A stretch of DNA of 63,759 nt, the filler included, from Octopus bimaculoides (taxonomy: Eukaryota), in the NCBI RefSeq assembly GCF_001194135.2. It is 7 parts of 5 records of this genome, joined end to end, with 100 filler letters (N's around TTAATTAATTAA, not from the genome) between each part and the next. Parts side by side here need not be neighbours in the genome. Positions count along the whole stretch, not along the records: positions 25,077 to 36,930 come from NC_069000.1; positions 37,031 to 51,829 come from NC_068981.1; 5 more parts are not named here. One strand, given 5' to 3'. The notes below the pieces were generated by a model that saw only the letters and a list, made by a program, of their open reading frames with translations, was not told the origin of the DNA and made no database searches. Both the position numbers and the translations under genes were made by a program. The stretch's first letter is position 1. Each line of letters starts with the position of its first letter. This document shows, in pieces, positions 27,069 through 40,483 of the stretch.

Positions 27069-27334
27069 CAGCATTCCGCAGTCTCAATAGAAGAAATGAT
27101 ACCTCCTTGTGACAATATATCTGGTCCCTAAATAAAAATAATGACTCCTACAAAATAAAGTGGAATTTTTTTTTTCCTTCTCAAAACACTTTTCTGGCAA
27201 GCATGAAGCCCCCTCAATAAGATAACATGGAATCTGTTGGAATCTTAACTTCTTACTCTAATATATTTTTAAAAATTAAGATTTAATCTCTGAATATTTA
27301 CACAAAACTTAGACACATCAAACCTATATTGTTC

Positions 27335-27410
27335 GACTAAAACCCTTCAAGGCGGTGCCCCAGCATGGCCACTATTCAGTGAGCAGAACAAGTAAAAGAT
27401 AAACGATAAA
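27335..27410 (+). mobile_element. SINE family C 3' tail fragment (similar fragments at 25232-25275 minus, 43030-43105 plus, 44270-44340 plus)
   Basis: aaggcggtgccccagcatggcc...gaacaagtaaaaga. Confidence 0.75.
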
Positions 27411-28852
27411 GAATAATTTAATCCTCCTCTAATAACTTCAGTTAAATCCATTAATAACGCAAACATGAACAATGCTTAAGGATTGTTCCAACACATTCAT
27501 TGCACACATTTTTACAGGCAAGAGTTTCTTAAAATCTCTACATCTTTAAATTAGTTTTCCAAGACACTTATCACACACACACACACACACAAATACACAC
27601 ACACACAAATACACACACACACACATGCACACACACACACACACATATCCAAGACCAACACAACCTTGAATAAATTAAAAGCAATTTATTCTGTTCTACA
27701 ATTATAAATAGCTTGGCTCGAGGCGAAACTCAAATNNNNNNNNNNNNNNNNNNNNNNNNNNNNNNNNNNNNNNNNNNNNNNNNNNNNNNNNNNNNNNNNN
27801 NNNNNNNNNNNNNNNNNNNNNNNNNNNNNNNNNNNNNNNNNNNNNNNNNNNNNNNNNNNNNNNNNNNNNNNNNNNNNNNNNNNNNNNNNNNNNNNNNNNN
27901 NNNNNNNNNNNNNNNNNNNNNNNNNNNNNNNNNNNNNNNNNNNNNNNNNNNNNNNNNNNNNNNNNNNNNNNNNNNNNNNNNNNNNNNNNNNNNNNNNNNN
28001 NNNNNNNNNNNNNNNNNNNNNNNNNNNNNNNNNNNNNNNNNNNNNNNNNNNNNNNNNNNNNNNNNNNNNNNNNNNNNNNNNNNNNNNNNNNNNNNNNNNN
28101 NNNNNNNNNNNNNNNNNNNNNNNNNNNNNNNNNNNNNNNNNNNNNNNNNNNNNNNNNNNNNNNNNNNNNNNNNNNNNNNNNNNNNNNNNNNNNNNNNNNN
28201 NNNNNNNNNNNNNNNNNNNNNNNNNNNNNNNNNNNNNNNNNNNNNNNNNNNNNNNNNNNNNNNNNNNNNNNNNNNNNNNNNNNNNNNNNNNNNNNNNNNN
28301 NNNNNNNNNNNNNNNNNNNNNNNNNNNNNNNNNNNNNNNNNNNNNNNNNNNNNNNNNNNNNNNNNNNNNNNNNNNNNNNNNNNNNNNNNNNNNNNNNNNN
28401 NNNNNNNNNNNNNNNNNNNNNNNNNNNNNNNNNNNNNNNNNNNNNNNNNNNNNNNNNNNNNNNNNNNNNNNNNNNNNNNNNNNNNNNNNNNNNNNNNNNN
28501 NNNNNNNNNNNNNNNNNNNNNNNNNNNNNNNNNNNNNNNNNNNNNNNNNNNNNNNNNNNNNNNNNNNNNNNNNNNNNNNNNNNNNNNNNNNNNNNNNNNN
28601 NNNNNNNNNNNNNNNNNNNNNNNNNNNNNNNNNNNNNNNNNNNNNNNNNNNNNNNNNNNNNNNNNNNNNNNNNNNNTTAGGTTCTGAAGTTAAATGCCAC
28701 CGGGGTGGACATTGCCTCTCATTCTTTCGCAAGTTGATAAAATACGTACCAGTTGAGTACTCGGGGTTGATGCAAAACTTGAGACCAATAATTAGCATAT
28801 TTACCATTTCGGCGAATGTATTGAGTTCTATATGAAATATTTCTTGCCCTGT

Positions 28853-29405
28853 TCTTTTATTCTTTTACTTGTTTCAGACTGCAGCCATGCTGGAGCACCA
28901 CCTCGAAGGGTTTTAATTGATCAAATCGACTCCAGGACTTATTGCCGAACCGCTAAATTACGGGGACGTAAACACACCAACACCGGATGTCAAGTGATGA
29001 TGGACACACACACACATATATAATCGACGGGCTTCTTTTCAGTTTCCATCTACCAAATCCTTTCACAAGGGTTTGGTTGGCTTAAGGCTATAGTAGAAGA
29101 CACTCGCTCAAGGTTCTACGCAGTGGGACTGAACTCGGAGCCATGTGGTTGGGAAACAAGCTACTTACCACACCGCTAAGTAACGGGGACGTAAACACAC
29201 CAACACCGGATGTCAAATGATGATAGACACACACACACACACATATAAACGACAAGCTTCTTGTCAGTTTCCATCTACCAAATCCATTCACAAGGGTTTG
29301 GTTGGCTTGAGGCTATCGTAGAAGACACTCGCTCAAGGTACTACGCAGTGGGGCTGAACCCGGAACCATGTGGTTGGGAAAACAAACTACTTACCACACA
29401 GCCAC
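28853..29405 (-). mobile_element. SINE family C with an internal 223-bp tandem duplication
   Basis: accgctaa...ggggacgtaaacacaccaacaccggatgtcaa recurs at 28949 and 29172. Confidence 0.9.
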
Positions 29406-29413
29406 GTAATACA

Positions 29414-29621
29414 CCGTATTTGATGGCATATAAGACGTATTCCGCAATCAACACCATCCACTCAGAAAAAAAATGTCTTTTAAAAAAACACCCCGGGTCC
29501 TATATTCAAAGTCGGGCCTAAATTACATGCTTTATGCACTAACAAAATTTTCCCGAATATGCACTGCTGGAATTGGGATGTGCCAAATATGACCGTGCGT
29601 CTTTTATGCCATCAAATACGG
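29414..29621. mobile_element. Tc1/mariner (Tc2-like) MITE
   Basis: 24-bp TIRs ccgtatttgatggcatataagacg / cgtcttttatgccatcaaatacgg (23/24); TA on the right flank. Confidence 0.85.
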
Positions 29622-31389
29622 TACTTTATAACACTTACAATATATATATAAATATATANNNNNNNNNNNNNNNNNNNNNNNNNNNNNNNNNNNNNNNNNN
29701 NNNNNNNNNNNNNNNNNNNNNNNNNNNNNNNNNNNNNNNNNNNNNNNNNNNNNNNNNNNNNNNNNNNNNNNNNNNNNNNNNNNNNNNNNNNNNNNNNNNN
29801 NNNNNNNNNNNNNNNNNNNNNNNNNNNNNNNNNNNNNNNNNNNNNNNNNNNNNNNNNNNNNNNNNNNNNNNNNNNNNNNNNNNNNNNNNNNNNNNNNNNN
29901 NNNNNNNNNNNNNNNNNNNNNNNNNNNNNNNNNNNNNNNNNNNNNNNNNNNNNNNNNNNNNNNNNNNNNNNNNNNNNNNNNNNTATATATATATATATAT
30001 ATATGTATATATGTAATGCTCCTGGGTGTAAATGTTATTTAAATCAGAGTAGCCAAGCTATGTAACTAACCAAAGTAGTATTTTAATCCGATATAATCTT
30101 ATAGAGTCGAGCGAAAACAGTTTGAAACTTGGGTGTAATTTAGCAGAGGAAAAAAAATGTTCTGACCTATTTTCTTTAACGTGACTCTAAAGTTGTCTAA
30201 TATTTCAATTACTACTTGTTCTGTTACGGTTTGGCATATTTGTTATTCCATTTTTGGAGGATTGCAACACTGCTATCATATTTTCAATGTCTGACGTGAC
30301 TAATTAATGACATTCTGATCGAAAACAGCTCGAAATGCTTGCATTCTCTGAGTTCAACTCATAAATAGATTCGTGGTGAGAATGCGTGACATAAAGTGGT
30401 GAGACAAATAAATTTATCTTGGTTCACTTGCTATTCAAATCTATTTAGCAACGCTTGCAATTTTAACACTTTTTTTTTCTTTTTTTTTTTCTGAAATGGA
30501 AAAGAAAACTTCCTCTTAGTATGTTTTAGAAAAATAAAACATGATAAAGGGGAAACGAAAGATAAACCAGAAGAAAGCAAATAAAAAGAAAATTTGTTCC
30601 TTATCGCAGAGGCCTCCAGTCAATACCCAGCTGTACAATTCTTTGAGTATAGTGTCAGATTATGTTGTGAAGGCACTTTGTTTTTACTATGATAAATATC
30701 AGAGGCGTGCAGCATAGGTTTATTTCCGTCGGGACATTTGCGAAGATAAACAGCAGCAAGAAGCAAACCTAAAGTTTAACTTAATNNNNNNNNNNNNNNN
30801 NNNNNNNNNNNNNNNNNNNNNNNNNNNNNNNNNNNNNNNNNNNNNNNNNNNNNNNNNNNNNNNNNNNNNNNNNNNNNNNNNNNNNNNNNNNNNNNNNNNN
30901 NNNNNNNNNNNNNNNNNNNNNNNNNNNNNNNNNNNNNNNNNNNNNNNNNNNNNNNNNNNNNNNNNNNNNNNNNNNNNNNNNNNNNNNNNNNNNNNNNNNN
31001 NNNNNNNNNNNNNNNNNNNNNNNNNNNNNNNNNNNNNNNNNNNNNNNNNNNNNNNNNNNNNNNNNNNNNNNNNNNNNNNNNNNNNNNNNNNNNNNNNNNN
31101 NNNNNNNNNNNNNNNNNNNNNNNNNNNNNNNNNNNNNNNNNNNNNNNNNNNNNNNNNNNNNNNNNNNNNNNNNNNNNNNNNNNNNNNNNNNNNNNNNNNN
31201 NNNNNNNNNNNNNNNNNNNNNNNNNNNNNNNNNNNNNNNNNNNNNNNNNNNNNNNNNNNNNNNNNNNNNNNNNNNNNNNNNNNNNNNNNNNNNNNNNNNN
31301 NNNNNNNNNNNNNNNNNNNNNNNNNNNNNNNNNNNNNNNNNNNNNNNNNNNNNNNNNNNNNNNNNNNNNNNNNNNNNNNNNNNNNNNNN

Positions 31390-31915
31390 TTTGAACTCAG
31401 AACGTATTTCATGAAGAAATGCCGCTAAGAATTTTTGTCCAACCTGCTAACGATTCCACCAGCTCCCCGCATTTGCACTATTCACCTTACAATTCTTACA
31501 AACTATGATACAAGGCGATTAGTTCTGAGAGGAGGATTTAATCGATTACATCGACACCAGTGTGCAACTGGTACTTTATTTTATTGACCACCCCTCCCAC
31601 AAAAAGAACGAAAGGTGAAGTTGACCTCGGCGTCATTTGAACTCAGAACGTATTTCATGAAGAAATGCCGCTAAGAATTTTTGTCCAACCTGCTAACGAT
31701 TCCACCAGCTCCCCGCATTTGCACTATTCACCTTACAATTCTTACAAACTATGATACAAGGCGATTAGTTCTGAGAGGAGGATTTAATCGATTACATCGA
31801 CACCAGTGTGCAACTGGTACTTTATTTTATCGAAATCGAAAGGATGAAAGGCAAAATCAACCTCAGCGAAATTTGAACTCAGAACGCAATGAGCCGGAAG
31901 AAATGCCATATTAAA
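31390..31915 (-). mobile_element. Tandem SINE D-derived units, 246-bp period
   Basis: 31390-31584 is identical to 31636-31830. Confidence 0.85.
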
Positions 31916-32399
31916 GAATTCGCTATATATCCGTATGATGAGATGAAGTAACCAAACCCAAATTATGAACAAACACAGAGACGTACTTACAAACAACGCA
32001 ATTACAAAGCAGGAAGTCAATTTATATGTTTATATCAATACACACATACGTACCGTATACAAAAATGGTATACACGGATAAGTTACGATAAAAGATTTTT
32101 TGAGATTTTTGAGTAAAAAGTGTTTATTTTTATCGTAAACAAAAAGTGTTATTACTACAAACGACAAACAACTAAATAGTTTGAAACGAATTGTTTTGGG
32201 ACTACGTATGAAAGCAGTTGTTGTAGTAATGTTAGCTGGTCATTGTGCGTTGCGGTTACCGTCTATCCATTGTTTTTGTGTTGCCGCAGCGCTCTGGCCA
32301 GCTGCTGATTTTGCTACTGTCTGCTGATTGCTATCTTCTGTGACCGGTCCGATGTCTACCATTCACCGTCTGTTGATGGTAGTGGCTAAAATGTACTGA

Positions 32400-32700
32400 A
32401 CATATAGAGATGGTTTGGCTCAGAAAGAGCGCACCGAAGTTGAAATTATAGTTAGATCCGGTTCCACACGAAACTTTGGGTGGTCAGATTTTTTGATGAT
32501 GCAGTTAATATTCTAGCGAAATGTGATTGTATTCTTGGGTTGGTGTATTTCTTTATACATCGAATATAGGGATCCTAGTTCTATTGTCAAATATTCCTGA
32601 TATAGATACATAAACGGTGAACACAAAATAACTGTATACACATATAGATGTCTGTAATGAATGTTCTGCGCCATGAAGTCTTCCACTCTTTCTTTTTCCA
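32400..32700 (-). pseudogene. Possible PLE RT N-terminal remnant
   Basis: Minus strand LYSMYKEIHQPKNTITFR*NIN resembles LY.LPKIHK....RPII. Confidence 0.3.
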
Positions 32701-33754
32701 TCCGGTGGTGACCAGTAGAAAGCTGGCGATGTTCTGGTAGCCCATGTACGTGACGTACTAATTCTAATATTTGTTCTGTGATAATTTCACTAAGTGTTTT
32801 TTTTTTTTTGTTGGCTGTTTTTAAAATGTCTTCATTGGTTCTGTGGGTTTACCAGTACATTCCCTGAATCCTTCTCGAGCATCTTTGGTGGATCACATCT
32901 GGTTTCCTGTCGATTTCCACGTTGCTCTTCATTATTTCACCAACATAGAGAACTGCTGGTAGAACTGTACTCTTATAGAGCTACAGATTTGTATGTGATG
33001 CCCGATGTGTTCGAGTACCCAGGACGAAACTGAGACTGAGTTTGAGACATAAATACTGAAACGGTAAACAAGTGTAGAAAATTATGAACTATTTTGAAGC
33101 ACAGACTGTTAAGTTAGTTAAAGCAATGCTTTGTTCAGTGTCTACTCTAGGTTAAAAGAAACATGAGTTGTTTTAAAATATGTCATTGCCATTTTAATTA
33201 CCATACTTGATGTAAATATATCGTGATAGGCAAAAATTACTGCGGTATTAGTCAGGAAATATCTATAGATGAGCTGTGTTTTAAAACGCAATATGTATAT
33301 ATTAGAGGGAGACGAAACTCGTCCCAGCAGCGGTGAATGTGAAAGATAACATATCTTCCCCGTTGGGCGTCTTTCTTGTGTTCGAACACTCCCAACTAGC
33401 TTTGACGAAATCTGTCACCACTTTTGCAAGTTGTCATCTGGCTAAATAAAAATCCTTTATCTACATCATAAGCAATATTAGATTAAAATAGCCATCTGTG
33501 TATCATATTTAATGCAAATACATCGTGATAGGCAAAATTTATTGCAGTATTCGTCTGGAGAGATTGTTTACGATGGTTTTGAATGTTTCAAAACAGTATT
33601 TACAATGTTTGTAGCTATTATTTTCAGTTTTGCTTGTTCGATTATTATTTATGTAATTCATTAATTGGATAATTTACATTATCTCACTCTATTAATAGAA
33701 AATTCTCATACCTGACATCCAGTAAAGAAATCTTCGTTAGGTTGATACCTTAGC

Positions 33755-34400
33755 TACAACATCGCCCTTAGAGCTAGTGGGTTCAAATACAGAATCATAT
33801 ACAACCCAAGCCAGCGCATTACCAAATGGAACGAGGCGCAGGGAGGCAATTTAGTTTATATCTCACTTTTCTGGATATAATACAGGTCAAATCCTTCTAA
33901 AGTTAGTTGACAAGTATTTTACTTCTGAACAACCACAAAGGAAATTGTTCAACAAGCATATATGAGGCAGATAATTTCATACAAGTTCAACATAGCGACT
34001 AAAGATTACAATTCATGCAGGGAAACTTGTAGCAGACCCACTGGAATGAGCTTGCAGCGCAGAGGTCGTAGTTTACGAGGTGCAGCTCAAGTAGAGAGAT
34101 AGTAACCACAACACTATCATGAAAAAGTTACGTGGGGCTCACGAAACAAACCTCCAAGTGGAAATAGCACAACTCTACCGTCTCTTTCCCAGACATCAGC
34201 AAACGAAACTCCACTAAGCTTGCAAATTATGCGCGACAATTAAAACAGAATGGAACAGCATACGATAGAAAATGAGGGATTGCGAGCTGATCCGAACCAA
34301 TCAGAAATCACAACAGCTGGAAGACTGTGGAGAGATTCGAGCCAGGAAAAAAAGCTGCCAGGATACACAATTTCCGGAAGTTTCTCTCCAAAACTTTCTC
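33755..34400 (+). pseudogene. PLE C-terminal/GIY-YIG fossil (second family)
   Basis: YNIALRASGFK; NTGQILLKLVDKYF..QRKLFNKH; VVVYEV; YVGLTKQT..HNSTVSF..KRNSTKLANYARQLK. Confidence 0.72.
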
Positions 34401-34455
34401 CACAAAAATATCTTCTACATTTTCTTTCAATTTTTTCCCCTTAAACTTATATATA

Positions 34456-34784
34456 GTGAAGGCGCGTGGCTTAGTAGGTAAGATATTTGGCTCACGATAA
34501 GGTCGTTAGATCAATTCCCAGCGACGCGTTGTGTCCTTAACGAAGACACTTTATTTCAAGTAGCTAAGGTCCACTCAGCTGGTAAGAATGAGATGTACCT
34601 GTATTTCAAAGGGTCAGCCATTTCACACTCTGTGTCACGTTGAATATCCCTGAGAACTACGTTAAGGGTACACGTGTCTGTGGAGTGCTCAACCTCTTGC
34701 ACGTTAATATCACGGGTAAGCTGTTCAGTTGATCTCCTTAAAAGGAACATTCGTCGTCGTAACCAACGGAGTCCCAATAATAAT
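34456..34784 (+). mobile_element. SINE: B-type head/core + A-type tail, full length
   Basis: gtgaaggcgcgtggcttagt...gtccactcagctgg then cctgtatttcaaagggtcagcc...acggagtccc(aat)n. Confidence 0.88.
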
Positions 34785-34854
34785 ATTTATATATATATCT
34801 GCGTGTGCGTACGTGAACATAAATACATACATGCTATATATATATGTGTGTGTA

Positions 34855-34907
<53 letters not shown>

Positions 34908-35061
34908 NNNNNNNNNNNNNNNNNNNNNNNNNNNNNNNNNNNNNNNNNNNNNNNNNNNNNNNNNNNNNNNNNNNNNNNNNNNNNNNNNNNNNNNNNNNNN
35001 NNNNNNNNNNNNNNNNNNNNNNNNNNNNNNNNNNNNNNNNNNNNNNNNNNNNNNNNNNNNN

Positions 35062-35296
35062 TACAAAAATTCATGAACTGATCTCGGAGGACCATCACCG
35101 AACAATTGACAAACTTGTGGACATGACTGGTGTATCCTGGAGATCCTGCCAGCGAATTTTGAGCGAGAAATTGCGAATGAAAAGAGTTGCGGCAAAATTT
35201 GTGCTCCACTTGCTCACGGAAGATCAAAAGTTGTCACGACTTAATACGTCTTGTGAAGTTGATCCGGACCTATTTTCGAAGGTCAACATTGGGGAC
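35062..35296 (+). pseudogene. Mariner transposase fragment (HTH/linker to first catalytic Asp)
   Basis: TKIHELISEDHHRTIDKLVDMTGVSWRSCQRILSEKLRMKRVAAKFVLHLLTEDQK..DPDLFSKVNIGD. Confidence 0.92.
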
Positions 35297-35992
35297 CAGT
35301 AGCGGTTCGTAGATGAAATTAGTGGGGGTGCTGTTTCAGAAAATTTTAGCCGTCGTTTTAATATTGTGTAAAAGGAAACAAACATATGAAAAGAAAATTT
35401 ATATATAAACTTGATCGGTTCGCATTTTAGCCACTGCCGTGTAGTGTGTTTAATTTGTTCACTGAACACCGCCGCGAATTCCCCCTTTTTTAAAAAAAAA
35501 ATCCCCCCTAAATCACAAAATAAGGAGGGTACGAATGCGTTCCCTTTTTTCCAATCCTGGCCGCAACACTGAAGCTGGAAGCAGGATAATAATCTAATAA
35601 TACATTTTATCACATTCAAGAATATAAACACGTTTTTAAGCACAACACACGCGGAGTCTAAAAGAAACATTACCTTTCACCCGGCACTGTCGTTCACGCA
35701 GTGCTCTCTCTCCCTTGTGTGAAGCTTCCTATCTCGGACATGTGAGCATGCGCACAACAGCCAAACACCGCGTCGCTGGAACTGTGAAGCGCATAGTTCT
35801 ATACAAGGACTTTTGTATTTTATTCATAAACTATGGGATGGCTACTGACATTAAGCTTAAGGATTATATAATGTACAGGTATGAAGAAAGAACTGAAGAA
35901 AAAGGGACTCATTATATTGAATGTTACCGATAATATTGAGTGGAAATAGGGGCCGCTGCAGTTCCACAGTGCCTTTACTCGAGCCACCACTG
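35297..35992. mobile_element. hAT-like non-autonomous insertion inside the mariner
   Basis: Ends cagtagcggttcg / cgagccaccactg (10/13 inverted); 8-bp TSD ttggggac (35289-35296) / ctggggac (35993-36000). Confidence 0.8.
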
Positions 35993-36242
35993 CTGGGGAC
36001 AAAAGCTGGTGCTACGGAATTTGCAGATGTGGAAGAGGTAAAGAAAAAAAAGCGACGGAGGAGGTGTTAAAAGGCATCACTTCGCAAGAGTTCCAGCACT
36101 GCTTCGAACAACAGAAAACGCGTCTGGCCCCATGCATTGCTTCAAATGGAGAATACTCTAAAGGCGATAAAAGTATAAACATGTAAAACTAATTGAATAA
36201 AATAATATTGCAAAATTCCCATTTCATTTGGGTCGCTCCTTG
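35993..36242 (+). pseudogene. Mariner 3' part with right terminus
   Basis: GDKSWCYG joined to FADVEEVKKK..LKGITSQEFQHCFEQQKTRL..CIASNGEYSKGD; ends ...gggtcgctccttg|TA. Confidence 0.85.
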
Positions 36243-36500
36243 TATATTAAGAAAGAGAAAGAAAGGGAGCGGAACATAGAATATTCAAATGTACTGAAAA
36301 TGAACTGAATGACCCACAGAAACATACGCTTATATGCGCATGCGCATAGAGATATTAAAATGTTAAACAAAGAAAAAATACATCCACGGAGAAAGCAACA
36401 GAGAAATATTAAGATGCTAGACGTAAAGAGAAAAGCACATATAGAACAAAGAGGAGGAAGAGAACGAAGGATCTGAGGACCAGCTTTCATGTTGTTTTTT

Positions 36501-36665
36501 CCTCTTACTTGTTTCAGCCATTGGAATCGGCGGCCATGCTGGGGCACCACTTTGACGGGTTTAGTCGAACATCTTGCTTCTTGTAATTATGTTTTATTTT
36601 TATTAAGTCTAGGAATTATTCTATCGGTCAAGCGGTGTTGGGCTGACAGACAGACAGAGACACAC
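36501..36665 (-). mobile_element. SINE family C 3' half
   Basis: ttacttgtttcagccattgg..cggccatgctggggcaccac; ends at the microsatellite. Confidence 0.75.
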
Positions 36666-36871
36666 ACACACACTCACACGCACACACAGACACACACATG
36701 CACAATACACACATTTAAGTATATACACATAATCACATGTGTATATATGTGTGTGTGTATATATATATGTATGTATGTACGTATGTATGTATATATGCAT
36801 GTATGTATGCATATACGTACGTATTTATATACCTATACACACATATATATATATATGTATGTCTGTGTATA

Positions 36872-36930
<59 letters not shown>

Positions 36931-37848
36931 NNNNNNNNNNNNNNNNNNNNNNNNNNNNNNNNNNNNNNNNNNNNTTAATTAATTAANNNNNNNNNNNNNN
37001 NNNNNNNNNNNNNNNNNNNNNNNNNNNNNNTATATATATATATATATATATACTATTGAACCTTGGGAGGGTCATTATGCCAGTAATAATAAACACACGC
37101 ACTAGTTCGGTCCTTTATTGTTATTATTAGTTAATGGGTTACTTACACCGTTAACCAATTTATCGATTAGCCGATTTTTACTAGTTTTTCAAACTCTTAT
37201 GTTAAACCTTTTGGTCAAAGAGTTAATCGTTTAAATGTTCAATACATATATATGTGTGTATGTATGTATGTGTGTGTGTGTGTGTATACATATATACATA
37301 CATATATATACATATATATAATTTACACATATATTTACATCATACATGTATATGTAAGTGCTAACGAAGACATTATTATGCAATTATCTGTGGTTACAAA
37401 AAATATCATCGAAATTCTAATGCATGAAGTTTACAAGCTTTATTATACGAAGCACATGATTACGCGCACACGCACTCCAACCCACACGCGCATATTTAAA
37501 CTCACACCCACACACACACATACTCTGTCGTAAGCATAGCTGGAGATGTCTTGAGGTGTATATAAAACAGTTAAAATTTACATATATGACAATCACATGG
37601 GAGAACAAATATCACAGTTAAAGTTTGGTAAATACAGAATTTGTCAACAAATATGTCGGTTGTACACAGGGAAGACTGATAACGCAGAAAAATAGGAAAA
37701 ATATGAAATTTTCATAAAGTTCCTAGACAAATTTCAACTGAAGAAACTAATATTTGTATGCGTGTATGTATGTATGTATGCATGTATGTATGTGTGTATG
37801 TATGTATGTGTGTATGTATGTATGCCTGTATGTAGGTATGTATGTATG

Positions 37849-37889
<41 letters not shown>

Positions 37890-38756
37890 NNNNNNNNNNN
37901 NNNNNNNNNNNNNNNNNNNNNNNNNNNNNNNNNNNNNNNNNNNNNNNNNNNNNNNNNNNNNNNNNNNNNNNNNNNNNNNNNNNNNNNNNNNNNNNNNNNN
38001 NNNNNNNNNNNNNNNNNNNNNNNNNNNNNNNNNNNNNNNNNNNNNNNNNNNNNNNNNNNNNNNNNNNNNNNNNNNNNNNNNNNNNNNNNNNNNNNNNNNN
38101 NNNNNNNNNNNNNNNNNNNNNNNNNNNNNNNNNNNNNNNNNNNNNNNNNNNNNNNNNNNNNNNNNNNNNNNNNNNNNNNNNNNNNNNNNNNNNNNNNNNN
38201 NNNNNNNNNNNNNNNNNNNNNNNNNNNNNNNNNNNNNNNNNNNNNNNNNNNNNNNNNNNNNNNNNNNNNNNNNNNNNNNNNNNNNNNNNNNNNNNNNNNN
38301 NNNNNNNNNNNNNNNNNNNNNNNNNNNNNNNNNNNNNNNNNNNNNNNNNNNNNNNNNNNNNNNNNNNNNNNNNNNNNNNNNNNNNNNNNNNNNNNNNNNN
38401 NNNNNNNNNNNNNNNNNNNNNNNNNNNNNNNNNNNNNNNNNNNNNNNNNNNNNNNNNNNNNNNNNNNNNNNNNNNNNNNNNNNNNNNNNNNNNNNNNNNN
38501 NNNNNNNNNNNNNNNNNNNNNNNNNNNNNNNNNNNNNNNNNNNNNNNNNNNNNNNNNNNNNNNNNNNNNNNNNNNNNNNNNNNNNNNNNNNNNNNNNNNN
38601 NNNNNNNNNNNNNNNNNNNNNNNNNNNNNNNNNNNNNNNNNNNNNNNNNNNNNNNNNNNNNNNNNNNNNNNNNNNNNNNNNNNNNNNNNNNNNNNNNNNN
38701 NNNNNNNNNNNNNNNNNNNNNNNNNNNNNNNNNNNNNNNNNNNNNNNNNNNNNNNN

Positions 38757-38787
<31 letters not shown>

Positions 38788-38845
38788 TAGTTTGAATTTA
38801 CAGAAATATGAATAATTATAAATATATACTTATGTATACATACAT

Positions 38846-38876
<31 letters not shown>

Positions 38877-39164
38877 CGTGTATATATGTGTGTATGCATA
38901 ACTGTATATGTACAATTATTTATATGTATATTCATATATGTACATACTTTAGTATGTGTGTGTACGTTTGTGTGAATCTATGTAAGACAGGAAAGAGAAT
39001 TAGCGAATAATATGACATGTGAGAACGAAAATTAAATGCCAAACGGTAAAAGTTTAAGTAATAAAACTTCGGAATCAAACTGCGAACTGGAAGCGGATGA
39101 ATTCCCAATTGTTACTTCATACCATCATCGTAAACAGATACTTACGCACGCACAAACACACACA

Positions 39165-39229
<65 letters not shown>

Positions 39230-39389
39230 CATATATATATGGTGATGTGGTGATGATTCACTCCGCTGTTACTTAGGTTTTCTCACTATGTACGATGCTT
39301 CAGGCGATACATTTGAATGTGTGTACATGTGAGTGCCTGGGTGTGTGTGTGTGTTGGGGGGGGTGGGGGGTGTATGTATCTATCTATTA

Positions 39390-39540
39390 TTCTTTTATTT
39401 GTTTCAGTAATTTGACTGCGGCCATGCTGGAGCACCGCCTTTAGTCGAAGAAATCGAGCCCAGAACTTATTCTTTGTAAGCCTAGTACTTATTTCTATCG
39501 GCCTCTTTGGCCGAAACGCTAAGTAAACACACCAGCATAC
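39390..39540 (-). mobile_element. SINE family C 3' half
   Basis: gactgcggccatgctggagcaccgcctttagtcg...gtaagcctagtactt. Confidence 0.88.
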
Positions 39541-40162
39541 ATACATACATACATACATACATACATTCATACACTCACACTGTATATAATATGGTGACTG
39601 ACTGCTCGCTGCAGAGCTCTTCTCGTACTAATAATTTCTCTTTCCTAGCGTGAGACCTTAAATGATTTTTGAGCTCTGAAAGGTGTTTCAAGACCTGATC
39701 CCATACTCAGCAGTCATTCCTCATTCCAGCACTGGCTCCATTTTCAGTTTTTCAATCCTTTACGTGATTTTCAGTTTTTTTTGTTTTGTTTTTTTCTCGA
39801 GAAAGTGAGAGTCTTTTTATTGAAACTAACCATCTGGAATGAGATTCTAATACTTCAGGTATGTCTTACCAAGTTAATGTATACCTTGCCCACATGGACA
39901 CGCTGTGTCGGTCTCATACCGGCATGAGATACCTTTAAGCAAAAAGAACTTTCGAAGAAGAAATGAGAAACTCTTGCAACGCTATTGGTATTATTCTCAT
40001 GTCTACGAAATTTTCACTTAATTTCAGCGTGATTAACCCATTGCTTGCCATGGGCCCCATCTAGGGATCTGCTAAAAACAGTCTCGCTGCCGTTTGTTCA
40101 TTGTATTTAAAGTGAATTGCTTATGTACATTGTATTTTCAGAGGTGTTTTTCAATTTTTTAT

Positions 40163-40421
40163 GCGCCCTTTTTAAAGTCTAGCCAGGCTCATGGGTTCGG
40201 TTTCCCGGATTCTATGGCGTCTCAAGAAACAGGAAGAAAGAGTGAGAGAAAGTTGGGGCGAAAGAGTACAACAGGGATCGCCACCACCCCCTGCCGGGGC
40301 CTCGTGGAGCTTTTGGTGTTTTCGCTCAATAAACACACACAACGCCCGGTCTGGGAATCGAAACCGCGATCCTATGAGATCGATAACCGCTGCCCTAACC
40401 TCTGGGCCATTGCGCCTCCAC
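40163..40421 (-). mobile_element. Chimeric SINE: A head/middle + B-related tail
   Basis: 40223-40421 matches 55210-55402; 40200-40220 gtttcccggattctatggcgt matches 53637-53656. Confidence 0.8.
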
Positions 40422-40483
40422 TTGCAGAGGTGTGTTTAACAATATTTAGTAATTAAAGTTTGCCATTATTAGTTCTGGCTAAT

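Noticed and set aside
40033-40070. TTAA|CCCATT piggyBac-like left end (and TTAA|AGGGACGAT Kolobok-like end near 1597)
   Set aside because: No matching right TIR was found in the window.
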